Source of the DNA: an uncultured delta proteobacterium | GTDB lineage: Bacteria > Myxococcota_A > UBA9160 > SMWR01 | DNA length: 64,000 nt | Direction: 5' to 3' | Assembly (NCBI GenBank): GCA_963832165.1 | Contig: CAWHTE010000007.1 | Coordinates: 448,001-512,000 of the forward strand | In this document: positions 1 through 8,624 of the stretch, piece by piece | How positions within the stretch are numbered: the stretch's first letter is position 1 | Layout: every line of letters begins with the position of its first letter | Notes under the pieces: model-generated | Database searches by the model: none | The model's input: the letters and a program-made list of their open reading frames with translations, nothing else | Told to the model about the DNA's origin: nothing | Position numbers and translations under genes: made by a program

Positions 1-514
1 TCACGTGCGCTTCGAGTCCGAGGTCGAGCACCGCCTTGGCAGCCTCGAGCCCGAGCAACCCGCCGCCGATCACCGCGGCGCGCCGCCCGTCGCGCGCCCA
101 GGCGCGAATCGCCCCGAGATCGTCGATCGTGCGATAGAGGAACACGCCCGCGAGGTCGATCCCGGGAATCGCGGGAACGAAAGGCGTCGACCCGCTGGCG
201 AGCACGAGCGCGTCGTAGCGGAACCGCTCACCGCCCTCCGCGACCACTTCCCGTCGCTCGCGATCGATCAGGGTGGCGGCCCGGCCGAGCTGGAGATCGA
301 GGCCGTGCTCGCTGTACCAATCGCGCGATGTCAGCGAGAGCTCTTCCGCGCCGCGCCCCGCGAAGAATTCGGAGAGGTGCACACGATCGTACGCGGGGCG
401 GGGCTCCTCTCCGAAAACCGTCACCTCGAAGTGGTTCTGGAGACCGAGATCGACGAGCCGCTCGCAGAAGCGGTGGCCCACCATCCCGTTGCCGATCACG
501 ACGAGGCGCTGCAT
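1..514 (-). CDS. nirB: Assimilatory NAD(P)H nitrite reductase large subunit, N-terminal part (runs off the left edge)
   Basis: Not in the ORF track. Manual translation from ATG at 514 gives MQRLVVIGNGMVGHRFCERLVDLGLQNHFEVTVFGEEPRPAYDRVHLSEFF, with the FAD-binding GNGMVG and GEEPRPAYDRVHLS motifs of NirB. Lies in a nitrate assimilation cluster. Confidence 0.93.
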   Translation of the reverse strand, partial: MQRLVVIGNGMVGHRFCERLVDLGLQNHFEVTVFGEEPRPAYDRVHLSEFFAGRGAEELSLTSRDWYSEHGLDLQLGRAATLIDRERREVVAEGGERFRYDALVLASGSTPFVPAIPGIDLAGVFLYRTIDDLGAIRAWARDGRRAAVIGGGLLGLEAAKAVLDLGLEAHV

Positions 515-529
515 CGCTGTGTCCGAACG

Positions 530-584
530 AAAAAACGGCGCCCTGCGAGAAAGCCCGTGGCTTCCTCAAGGCGCCGTTGCCTTG
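530..584 (-). promoter_or_regulatory. ANTAR (NasT) target hairpin overlapping an intrinsic terminator in the nirB leader
   Basis: Minus strand CAAGGC-AACGGC-GCCTTG has a hexaloop with A1/G4. Its AACGGCGCC can instead pair with downstream GGCGCCGTT, followed by TTTT. Confidence 0.8.
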
Positions 585-654
585 CGATCGAGTCGAACCC
601 GGCTCAGCTGCGCCGAGCGCCGCCAAAGGAGTTCTCCGATCGCATCGTCAGAGT

Positions 655-670
655 TCAAGAGTCGTGCCAG
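655..670 (-). promoter_or_regulatory. Sigma54 -24/-12 promoter for nirB
   Basis: Minus strand CTGGCACGACTCTTGA (TGGCACG-N4-TTG with GA at -12). Paired 17-bp NtrC-like boxes at 717-733 and 739-755. Confidence 0.72.
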
Positions 671-760
671 TGAAACACGCAGCTAGACGACCGCCGCGCG
701 CGCGCGACCGGACCGTCGCCGCTTCGTTGTGCATCGGGCGCCCACGTCAGCAGCAGCGGC

Positions 761-2017
761 TCAGAACGCGACCGTGGCTTCGACCCAGTATTTGGTCGTG
801 TCGCGCGGCGAGAACGGTCCGCCGTCCTCGTAGAAGGCGGCCTTCGTGAGCACGGTCAGATAGGCGCCGAACTTGCGCGAGAGAACCGCGTCGATCTCGC
901 GGCCCATGTCGTGGGAGTGCTCGTGGCTCCAGAACTGGTGGTAGATCACCTGCGCGGAGAGCTTCCAGGGCAGCGTCGGCGAGATGTAGGCGAAGGCGTC
1001 CTGGAGTCCATTCACGCCGCCGTTGTTCAGGAATACGTCGGCCCAGCCATTGAACTTGTGGAGCGTGGCCAGCGGCGTGGCGAAGCGCGCGCGCCCGTCG
1101 TCGCTGCCGAGCAGCTCGTAGCCGGCGCCGATCGCCGCGATCGGCGTGAATCCCACGGAGACGTCGGCGAACGCGTAGTGGGCGTGATAGTCGGCGGGGT
1201 TTTCGCCGCCGCTCGTGCCGCCGTCGGTCTGGTAGGCGTAGCTGGCCTGGTAGGCGAAATTCCAGCGCTCCGCGATCGGCGCAGTGCCCGTGAATCGCAC
1301 GCCGTAGCTGTTCGAGGACTCGGCCTCGGCGTCGCGCAGGTCGAGCAGATACGCGAACGCAACGGGCTGGAGCCACGGCGCCACGTCGACTGCAACGCGG
1401 GCGAGGTGCGAATTTGCGTCGAAGTCGCGCGTCGCGCGCGGGCCCTCGTTGCCGAAGATCCGGCGCACCGCGGCGAGGTAGCCGTAGCCGACCGCGAGGC
1501 GCTCGAGACCGAACGAGCTCTGCGCCCAGGCACCGTCGTAGGTCTGCTCGTTCTGGCGCCAGCCGACGTTGCCGATGAAGCGGTGGTCGTCGAGCACGAT
1601 GCGCTGGCGGCCGCCTTTCACGGACGTGCCGAGCCAGTCGGGGCGGTCGAGCAGGAGATAGGCCTGGTTCACCCCGGTGTCGGGTGGGTCCGCGATCACC
1701 GTGCGGTCGCGGACGTTCGGCGGAATGCCGTCGAAGTAGGCGTCGTGATCGGCGACCGCGATGTTCTCCGCTTCGACGTAGCCGGACAGCCCCTCCCAGG
1801 GCTGGGTGGCGTAGCCGAGCCGCGTGCGCACCGTGGCCGCGTTCGAGGGCGAGAATCCGTCCATGTCGGCGTGCTCCCAGCGCGCGCGCACGTCGAGCTT
1901 CACGGTGCCGCCGACGATCGGCACGGCGATGCCGTTGGCGACGTCGTCGGCAGAATCGGCGGCCGCGGCCGCGACCCACAGGGCTACCGAGAGCAGTGTC
2001 ACAGAGATGCGCAGCAT
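761..2017 (-). CDS. Alginate-export (AlgE-like) outer-membrane beta-barrel protein
   Basis: Start at ATG 2017 (AAGGAG RBS) gives signal peptide MLRISVTLLSVALWVAAAAA. Contains GRQRIVLDDHRFIGNVGWRQNEQTYD and FATPLATLHKFNGWADVF family motifs and a C-terminal Phe. Confidence 0.85.
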   Translation of the reverse strand: MLRISVTLLSVALWVAAAAADSADDVANGIAVPIVGGTVKLDVRARWEHADMDGFSPSNAATVRTRLGYATQPWEGLSGYVEAENIAVADHDAYFDGIPPNVRDRTVIADPPDTGVNQAYLLLDRPDWLGTSVKGGRQRIVLDDHRFIGNVGWRQNEQTYDGAWAQSSFGLERLAVGYGYLAAVRRIFGNEGPRATRDFDANSHLARVAVDVAPWLQPVAFAYLLDLRDAEAESSNSYGVRFTGTAPIAERWNFAYQASYAYQTDGGTSGGENPADYHAHYAFADVSVGFTPIAAIGAGYELLGSDDGRARFATPLATLHKFNGWADVFLNNGGVNGLQDAFAYISPTLPWKLSAQVIYHQFWSHEHSHDMGREIDAVLSRKFGAYLTVLTKAAFYEDGGPFSPRDTTKYWVEATVAF

Positions 2018-2035
2018 CAGGAATCGCTCCTTCGC

Positions 2036-2094
2036 CAAAAACACGAACGGCGCCCGAGCGGCCGTGCATCGACCGCTCTGGGACGCCGTTGTCC
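2036..2094 (-). promoter_or_regulatory. ANTAR hairpin and terminator in the porin leader
   Basis: Minus strand GGAC-AACGGC-GTCC. Alternative long stem AACGGCGTCC...GGGCGCCGTT followed by CGTGTTTTT. Confidence 0.78.
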
Positions 2095-2108
2095 GTTCGC
2101 ACCTCCTA

Positions 2109-2124
2109 TCAAGACTCGTGCCAG
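2109..2124 (-). promoter_or_regulatory. Sigma54 promoter for the porin gene
   Basis: Minus strand CTGGCACGAGTCTTGA, 15/16 identical to the nirB promoter. NtrC-like boxes TGCCT-N7-CGGCC (2160-2176) and TGCCT-N7-GCGCA (2182-2198). Confidence 0.72.
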
Positions 2125-2245
2125 CCAGGATGTCGCCGCGCGCACTGTGGTGCTGCGCCTGCCTCACGAAGCGGCCGCGGCTGCCTGTTAGTCGCGCAGG
2201 GCGTACGGCGGTCGGACAGCTGAGCCAACCGCAGATCGAGAGCGA

Positions 2246-3548
2246 TCACGAGTTGTGCTCCGCGAGCTCGTCGATGCGAACGCGCAGCGAGGAGGTCGCG
2301 AAGCACTCCAGATATTCGACGATCCGGTCGGGATCGAAGCGCAGCCCGTCGAAGAAGCGGTCGGGACCCATCGCGATCGGGGTGCTCGCGTCGTAGAGGA
2401 TCCACGGGGACCGATGTCCGCCCTCGGTCTTCTCGTCCACGAGCGGGGCCGGCAGCCCGAGATCGGCGGCCGCCTCGCGGTGCAGATCCGGCCGGTAGAC
2501 GCGCCGCGCGAGGCCGCGGATGTCGATCGGCTTCTCGATGTATCCCCAGCGCAGCATCTGCGACAGCATCCACATCGCGTGCGAGATCCAGGGGTGGGTT
2601 GCGGCGTTGCGGTGGAAGACGGGCCCGAACACGGGTCCGGCTTCGGCTCTCCCGACGATCGCGAGCGAGCGGTGCAGCGCGCTCACGGGCGCGTCGACGA
2701 AGCTCTCACCCGCGATCACGTGCGCCACCTCGAAGCGGCGCTGGGGCGTCGTCGAGCTCGATCGCAGCCTCGAGCAGCGCGCGCAGCATCGCGCGGTGGG
2801 TGGCGGGGTGGCGTTCGAGCCACGACTCCGACACGCCGAGCACCTTCTCCGGCGAGTGGTTCCAGATCTCGTGCTTGGTGACGAGCGTGCGACCACTGCG
2901 CCGCAGCGCCGCGAGCGCGTTCCAGGGCTCGCCCACGCAGTAGCCATCGAGATGACCCTCCTCGAGGCGCTGCACCATGAAAGGTGGGGCGACCACGCGC
3001 AGCGACACGTCGCGCTGCGGATCGATGCCAGCCGAGGCGAGCCAGTAGCGCAGCTCGAGATCGTGCATCGAGTACGGGAACACGATGCCGAAGCGCAGCG
3101 GCGGTCGGCCCGCCTCGCGATCCTCTTCGATCACCTGGCGCAGAGCCGTCGCGCACACGGGCCTCCCGATCAGCGAATCGGGATCCGCATCTGCGAGGCG
3201 CCGGTAGAGCGCTTCGGAAACCGTGATCGCGTTGCCGTCGAGATCGAGCGCGAGCCCGGTGCAGATCGGCAGCTCGAGCCCGCCGAGGCCGAGCGTCGAG
3301 GCGAGCGGCATCGGCGCGAGCATCTGCGCGGCGTCGAGCGCGCCCGCTGCGACGCGGTCGCGCAGCGTCGCCCACGACACTTCGCGCGAGAGCTCGACTT
3401 CGAGTCCGTGGCGCCGGAAGTGCCCGCGCTCCTTCGCGAACACGAGCGGGGCGCAGTCGGCGAGCGGGACGAAACCGATCCGCAGCCGACTCTTCTCGAT
3501 CCCTTCGGATCCACCCGCGTGCGCGGCGTAGCGAAGCTTCGGATCCAC
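2246..3548 (-). CDS. nasS: NasS-type cytoplasmic nitrate sensor (NrtA/CmpA-like), split by a +1 frameshift near 2742-2746
   Basis: ORF 2706-3548 has GFVPLADCAPL, SWATLRD, FPYSMH and GYCVGEPWN and no signal peptide. The C-terminal part (FHRNAATHPWISHAMWMLSQMLRWG...RVYRPDL) continues in the 2246-2947 frame. Coupled to nasT by a TAGTG overlap. Confidence 0.85.
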
Positions 3549-4129
3549 TAGATGATCTCCGCGGCGGCCAGCACGTGGCGCGCGACCTCCGCGAGCCGGA
3601 TGCCCTGGTTCATCGCCATCTTGCGCAGCGCCCGGAACGCTTCCTCCTCGCTGAATCCGCGCTTGTCCATGAGGATTCCCTTCGCCTTCTCGATGACCTT
3701 GCGATCGGCGAGGCTCGACTGTGCACGCGCGAGCTCGCTCCGCAGCGTCTGGAACTCCTCGAAGCGCGCACAGGCCACCTCGAGCACGGGCCGGATCCGC
3801 TCTGCGCTCGAGCCCTTTACGACGTAGGCGGCCACGCCCGCGCGCACCGCGGTGCGGATGCTCTCGCTGTCGCTCTCGTCCACGAACATCACGATCGGGC
3901 GCGGCTGCTCGCTCGTGATCCGCTGCATGTCCTCGAGCGTGTCGCGATCCGGCGAATCCATGTCGACGATCACGACGTCCGGCTGGACCGCGCGCAGCGT
4001 CGCGTGCAGATCGACCGACCCGACCAGCTCCGCGACGACCTGGCAGCCGGCGTCCTCGAGCGTGCGCGCGAGATCGCGCGCGCGATCGGCGCGCTCGTCG
4101 ACGAGCAACACGCGCAGCTTGTCCTTCAC
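3548..4129 (-). CDS. nasT: ANTAR-domain response regulator NasT
   Basis: REC-like N-terminus (VLLVDE, PDVVIVDMDSPDRDTLE) plus ANTAR motif DRKVIEKAKGILM...EEEAFRALRKMAMNQG. GTG start at 4129 with GGGGAG RBS. Confidence 0.92.
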   Translation of the reverse strand: MKDKLRVLLVDERADRARDLARTLEDAGCQVVAELVGSVDLHATLRAVQPDVVIVDMDSPDRDTLEDMQRITSEQPRPIVMFVDESDSESIRTAVRAGVAAYVVKGSSAERIRPVLEVACARFEEFQTLRSELARAQSSLADRKVIEKAKGILMDKRGFSEEEAFRALRKMAMNQGIRLAEVARHVLAAAEII

Positions 4130-4352
4130 GGCGGTGGCGTCTCCCCGCGGCTCAGCTCGCAAGCGCTGTGCCCGGCTCGCGAGCGCAGCGCATGTGCTCG
4201 TACGAGCTCACTTGTGCTCTGTAGGAGATAAATGTGTTAGGCGACGTCGCGCTGGGCCGTGGACGGAGCTCCGCGCACTGCCCAAGAAAGCGCCGGGCAT
4301 GCCTGCGCTCGCGTCAGCGATGCGTCCCCGGAGTCGTCTCGCGCGTTCTCGC

Positions 4353-4368
4353 TTGGCATGCACCTTGC
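4353..4368 (+). promoter_or_regulatory. Sigma54 promoter for the nitrate ABC transporter operon
   Basis: TTGGCATGCACCTTGC, matching GG-N10-GC. Confidence 0.8.
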
Positions 4369-4388
4369 GATGGCGGCCGGCACGCGTG

Positions 4389-4464
4389 CTCCAACGCCGG
4401 GGTCCGCGGGACAAAGGCGTCCACTGGGTGCGCGACCTCGCGGCCCTCGTTCGGACGCCTTTTT
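4389..4464 (+). promoter_or_regulatory. Two-hairpin ANTAR leader with overlapping terminator
   Basis: P1 CTCC-AACGCC-GGGG (4389-4402) and P2 GGAC-AAAGGC-GTCC (4409-4422). Terminator arm GGACGCCTTTTT (4453-4464) is complementary to AAAGGCGTCC. Confidence 0.88.
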
Positions 4465-4497
4465 CGTTGACGACGTCTTGCACAGGAGGAGCGCACG

Positions 4498-5835
4498 ATG
4501 AAATCCGCGCCGGCCGCTTCGGCCGACGACGCTCCGAGCGCAGGCATCAGCCGCCGCGAGCTGCTCACGGGCGCCGCGAAGGTCGCGGGCGCCGCCGCTC
4601 TGCTCTCGGCGGTGCGCAGCGCGTTTCCGTCGGGTGTATGGGCCGCCACGACCGACACCCCCGAGACGAAGCGCGCTCAGCTCGGCTTCATCGCGCTCAC
4701 CGATAGCTCGCCGCTGATCATCGCCAAGGAGAAGGGGCTCTTCGCCAAGTACGGGATGCCCGACGTCGAGGTGCTGAAGCAGGCGTCGTGGGGCACCACG
4801 CGCGACAACCTCGAGCTGGGTTCGGCCGCGGGCGGGATCGACGGCGCACACATCCTCACGCCGATGCCCTACCTGATCAGCACGGGCAAGGTCACCAAGA
4901 ACAACGTCCGTGTGCCGATGTACATCCTGGCCCGCCTGAACACGAACGGGCAGTGCATCTCGGTGGCCAAGCGCTATCTCGACCTGAAGGTCGGCACCGA
5001 CGCGAGTCCGCTCGAGCAGGCCTTCGCCGCGCGCATCGCCGGCGGCAAGCCCGTGAAGGTCGCGGTCACGTTCCCGGGCGGCACGCACGATCTGTGGATG
5101 CGCTACTGGCTCGCTGCGGGCGGCATCGATCCGGACAAGGACGTATCGACGATCGTCGTCCCGCCGCCGCAGATGGTGGCGAACATGAAGGTCGACACGA
5201 TGGAGGCGTTCTGCGTCGGCGAGCCGTGGCCGGCCCAGCTCGTGAACCAGAAGATCGGCTACACGGCGCTCACGACGGGCGAGCTCTGGAAGGACCATCC
5301 CGAGAAGAGCTTCGCGATGCGCGCCGACTGGGTGGACGCGCATCCGAAGGCCGCGGTGGCGCTGCTCTCCGCGGTGCAGGAGGCCGCGCAGTGGTGCGAC
5401 CTCGACGCGAACAAGCAGGAGATGTGCGAGATCGTCGCGAAGCGCGAGTGGTTCAAGGTTCCCGTCGCGGACATCGCCGGCCGCGCGCAGGGACGCATCG
5501 ACTACGGCACGGGCAAGGTCGTCGAGAGCAGCCCGTTCCTCATGAAGTTCTGGAGGGATCACGCCTCCTATCCGTTCCGGAGCCACGAGCTCTGGTTCCT
5601 GACCGAGGACCAGCGCTGGCGCCACCTGCCGGCCGATCTCGACACCAAGGCTTTGATCGCGAAGGTCAACCGCGAAGACCTCTGGCGCGAAGCGGCCAAG
5701 GCGATCGGCGTACCGGCCGACCAGATCCCGGCCTCTCCCTCGCGCGGGAAAGAGACCTTCTTCGACGGGAAGGTCTTCGATCCCGAGAATCCGGCCGCCT
5801 ACCTCGCCAGTCTGGCGATCAAGCGTGTGGGTTAG
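4498..5835 (+). CDS. nrtA: Nitrate/nitrite ABC transporter substrate-binding protein (NrtA/NasF), Tat signal
   Basis: SRRELL twin-arginine leader; LGFIALTDSSPL, KQASWGTTRDNL, TFPGGTHDLW and FCVGEPW motifs. Confidence 0.93.
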   Translation: MKSAPAASADDAPSAGISRRELLTGAAKVAGAAALLSAVRSAFPSGVWAATTDTPETKRAQLGFIALTDSSPLIIAKEKGLFAKYGMPDVEVLKQASWGTTRDNLELGSAAGGIDGAHILTPMPYLISTGKVTKNNVRVPMYILARLNTNGQCISVAKRYLDLKVGTDASPLEQAFAARIAGGKPVKVAVTFPGGTHDLWMRYWLAAGGIDPDKDVSTIVVPPPQMVANMKVDTMEAFCVGEPWPAQLVNQKIGYTALTTGELWKDHPEKSFAMRADWVDAHPKAAVALLSAVQEAAQWCDLDANKQEMCEIVAKREWFKVPVADIAGRAQGRIDYGTGKVVESSPFLMKFWRDHASYPFRSHELWFLTEDQRWRHLPADLDTKALIAKVNREDLWREAAKAIGVPADQIPASPSRGKETFFDGKVFDPENPAAYLASLAIKRVG

Positions 5836-5838
5836 TCG

Positions 5839-6706
5839 ATGAGCGAGCGCGTGACGACGATGATCGAGATGCCGGGGCGGGCGGACGGAACCAACTCGTC
5901 CGAGCGGATCCAGGCGGCGCTGCGCGATCTCGGGGAGTCGCTGCGGAATGCGCTGCCCGCGGTGGTCGCGCTGGGCCTCCTGCTCGGGCTCTGGGAGTTT
6001 GCGTGTCGGGGCGTCGGCGCCGCACTGCCGCCGCCTTCGCAGGTGGTCGCGGAGACCTGGGAGCTGATCTCCGATCCGTTCTTCGACCACGGCGGCGTCG
6101 ACAAGGGCCTGTTCTGGCACCTCGCCGCCAGCTTGAAGCGCGTGGCGCTCGGCTTCTCGCTCGCGGCCGCGGTCGGTATCGCGCTCGGCGTGCTGATCGG
6201 CCAGTCGACGCTCGCCTATCGCGGGCTCGATCCGATCTTCCAGGTGCTGCGCACCGTGCCGCCGCTCGCGTGGCTGCCGATCTCGCTCGCCGCGTTCCAG
6301 CAGGCCGATCCCTCGGCGATCTTCGTCATCTTCATCACGGCGATCTGGCCGATCATCCTGAACACCGCGGTCGGGATCCGCGAGATCCCAGAGGACTACG
6401 TGAACGTCGCGCGCGTGCTGCGCCTGTCGCCGCTCGAGTATTTCTTCAAGATCATGCTGCCCGCGACGGTTCCCTACATGTTCACGGGCCTCAAGATCGG
6501 GATCGGCTTGTCGTGGCTCGCGATCATCGCGGCCGAGATGCTGGTCGGCGGCGTGGGCATCGGCTTCTTCATCTGGGATGCCTGGAACAGCTCGCTCATG
6601 AGCGAGATCATCCTCGCGCTCGATCTACGTCGGCATCGTCGGCTTCCTGCTCGACCGCATGATCTCGCTCCTGGGCGCGCGCGTGAGCGGCCGGCAGCGC
6701 AGCTGA
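5839..6706 (+). CDS. nrtB: Nitrate ABC transporter permease (NrtB/NasE), with one extra base at ~6621-6622
   Basis: LDPIFQVLRTVPPLAWLPI and GGVGIGFFIWDAWN motifs. Removing one base restores the final helix ILALIYVGIVGFLLDRMISLLG and the stop TGA at 6704-6706. Confidence 0.88.
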
Positions 6707-6717
6707 AGGAGCCGCCC

Positions 6718-7521
6718 GTGACCACGCCCTACCTCTCGCTCGAGTCGGTCGCGATGTACTTCGACATGGGATCGAAGCTCCACTGCGCCGTGCGCGACGT
6801 GGACCTCAAGATCGAGAAGGGCGAGTTCGTCACGATCATCGGCCACTCGGGCTGCGGCAAGTCGACGCTCCTGAACATCATCGCAGGGCTCGCCGCCTGC
6901 ACCTCGGGCGGTGTGATCCTCGATGGCCGCGAGGTGGACGGGCCCGGCCCCGACCGCGCGGTCGTGTTCCAGAACCACTCGCTGCTGCCGTGGCTCACCG
7001 CCTACGAGAACGTGCGGCTCGCGGTCGACAAGGTGTTCCGCAGCCGCAAGTCGGCCGCGGAGCGCCACGAGTGGACCCAGCACAACCTGCGGCTCGTGCA
7101 CATGGAAGAGAACGCGCACAAACGGCCCAGCGAGCTCTCGGGCGGCATGAAGCAGCGCGTCGGCATCGCGCGCGCGCTCGCGATGGAGCCCAAGGTTCTG
7201 CTCATGGACGAGCCGTTCGGCGCGCTCGACGCGCTCACGCGCGCGAACCTCCAGGACACGCTCATGGAGATCCACGCGCGCCTCGGGAACACCGTCATCA
7301 CGATCACGCACGACGTCGACGAGGCCGTGCTGCTCGCCGATCGCGTCGTGATGATGACCAACGGCCCGGCCGCGACGATCGGCCAGGTGCTGGCGGTCGA
7401 CCTGCCGCGCCCGCGCCGGCGGCTCGAGCTGACCGAAGACCCGACCTACGTCCACGCGCGCGCCGAGCTCTTGCGCTTCCTGTATCAGCGCACCTCCCCC
7501 GCCGCCGCCGACGCGGCCTGA
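6718..7521 (+). CDS. nrtD: Nitrate ABC transporter ATP-binding protein (NrtC/NrtD/NasD)
   Basis: Own AGGAG RBS and GTG at 6718; GHSGCGKST, LSGGMKQRVG and LLMDEPFGALD motifs. Confidence 0.92.
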   Translation: MTTPYLSLESVAMYFDMGSKLHCAVRDVDLKIEKGEFVTIIGHSGCGKSTLLNIIAGLAACTSGGVILDGREVDGPGPDRAVVFQNHSLLPWLTAYENVRLAVDKVFRSRKSAAERHEWTQHNLRLVHMEENAHKRPSELSGGMKQRVGIARALAMEPKVLLMDEPFGALDALTRANLQDTLMEIHARLGNTVITITHDVDEAVLLADRVVMMTNGPAATIGQVLAVDLPRPRRRLELTEDPTYVHARAELLRFLYQRTSPAAADAA

Positions 7522-7622
7522 GACCAGTCCGAAGCGCCTGGGCGAGCTCCGCCCGGGGCCCGATTGCAGGCTTGTTTCGCCCTAGCGCTGCGAAGTAACC
7601 TCGCAAAGGGAGAAACGACCGC

Positions 7623-8624
7623 TTGCGCACGTCCGTTCCCGCGATCGTCACCGCGGGTGACCGCAAGGCCTCCCGAGCGATCTACGGGGATAGCAAGGCC
7701 TATCTCGTGATCGCCGGGCGCCCGCTCGTCGCCCACGTCGTCACCACGCTCCAGGCCGTGCCCGAGGTCTCCGAGGTGTGGGTGGTCGGCAACTCCGAGC
7801 GCCTCGAGCAGGCGCTCGGCGACCCCGCGCTGCGCGCCGCGCTGCGCAAGCCGCTCCACGTCATTCCGCAGTTCCGGAGCCTCTACGAGAACGGCTGGGA
7901 GACCTATCGCCGCGCACTGCCCGGCGCGCCGGACGACGGCCGCGACCCGACGCCCGAGGACGGCCCCGCGCTGTTCCTGTCCACCGATCTCCCGTTCGCG
8001 ACGCCGCACGAGATCTCCGAGTTCATCCGGCGCTCGATCGCGACCGGCGCGGACTACGCGGTGGGTCTCGTGACCGAACAGTCGATGCGCGCGTTCTACC
8101 CGGAAGCGCCCGGAAAGGGCGGCATCCACATGGCCTACTTCAATCTGCGCGAGGGCCGCTTCCGCCAGAGCAATCTTCATCTGATCCGGCCCGGCCGCGT
8201 GATGAACCGCTACTACGTCGAGGAGCTGTACGAGCACCGACACCAGCGCGAGCCCTGGCAGATCGTCGGGCTTGCCTGGCGGCTGATGCGCAGCGAGCGC
8301 GGAGGCTTGGCCGTGCTCTGGTATTACGGCCTCATGCACGTAGCGGGCTTCCTCGACCGCCGCGGAAGGGCTTGGGTCGCCGATCACGTGCGGCGCTGGA
8401 TTCCGCTCGCGCGGATCGAGCGCGGCTGCTCGTCGCTGTTGCGCGGCGACTTCCAGTTCGTGATCACCGAGGGCGGCGGCTGCGCGGTCGACATCGACAA
8501 CGAGCACGACTACGACGTCGCCGCGCTGCGCTACGAGGAATGGCGCAAGGAACAGCTCGCGCGCGTGGAGCAGCTCTATCCGCTGCCAATCCCCGCCTCG
8601 ACGGCGTCGGAGTCGCGCGGGTGA
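7623..8624 (+). CDS. Nucleotidyltransferase (MobA/NTP_transf_3-like) family protein
   Basis: AIVTAG...SKAYLVIAGRPLVAHV, STDLPF and VDIDNEHDY motifs of the NTP-transferase fold. Confidence 0.7.
   Translation: MRTSVPAIVTAGDRKASRAIYGDSKAYLVIAGRPLVAHVVTTLQAVPEVSEVWVVGNSERLEQALGDPALRAALRKPLHVIPQFRSLYENGWETYRRALPGAPDDGRDPTPEDGPALFLSTDLPFATPHEISEFIRRSIATGADYAVGLVTEQSMRAFYPEAPGKGGIHMAYFNLREGRFRQSNLHLIRPGRVMNRYYVEELYEHRHQREPWQIVGLAWRLMRSERGGLAVLWYYGLMHVAGFLDRRGRAWVADHVRRWIPLARIERGCSSLLRGDFQFVITEGGGCAVDIDNEHDYDVAALRYEEWRKEQLARVEQLYPLPIPASTASESRG

Noticed and set aside
590..600. GGGTTCGACTC on the minus strand, resembling a tRNA T-loop
   Set aside because: The flanks do not form a T-stem or cloverleaf; it lies within the nirB leader.
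5839..7521. 560-aa permease-ATPase fusion ORF as a novel protein
   Set aside because: The native permease C-terminus, stop and downstream RBS are intact in another frame; one extra base explains it.
7589..7605. Palindrome TGCGA-N7-TCGCA as an NtrC box
   Set aside because: Single site abutting the RBS with no associated sigma54 promoter; could be chance or a small hairpin.
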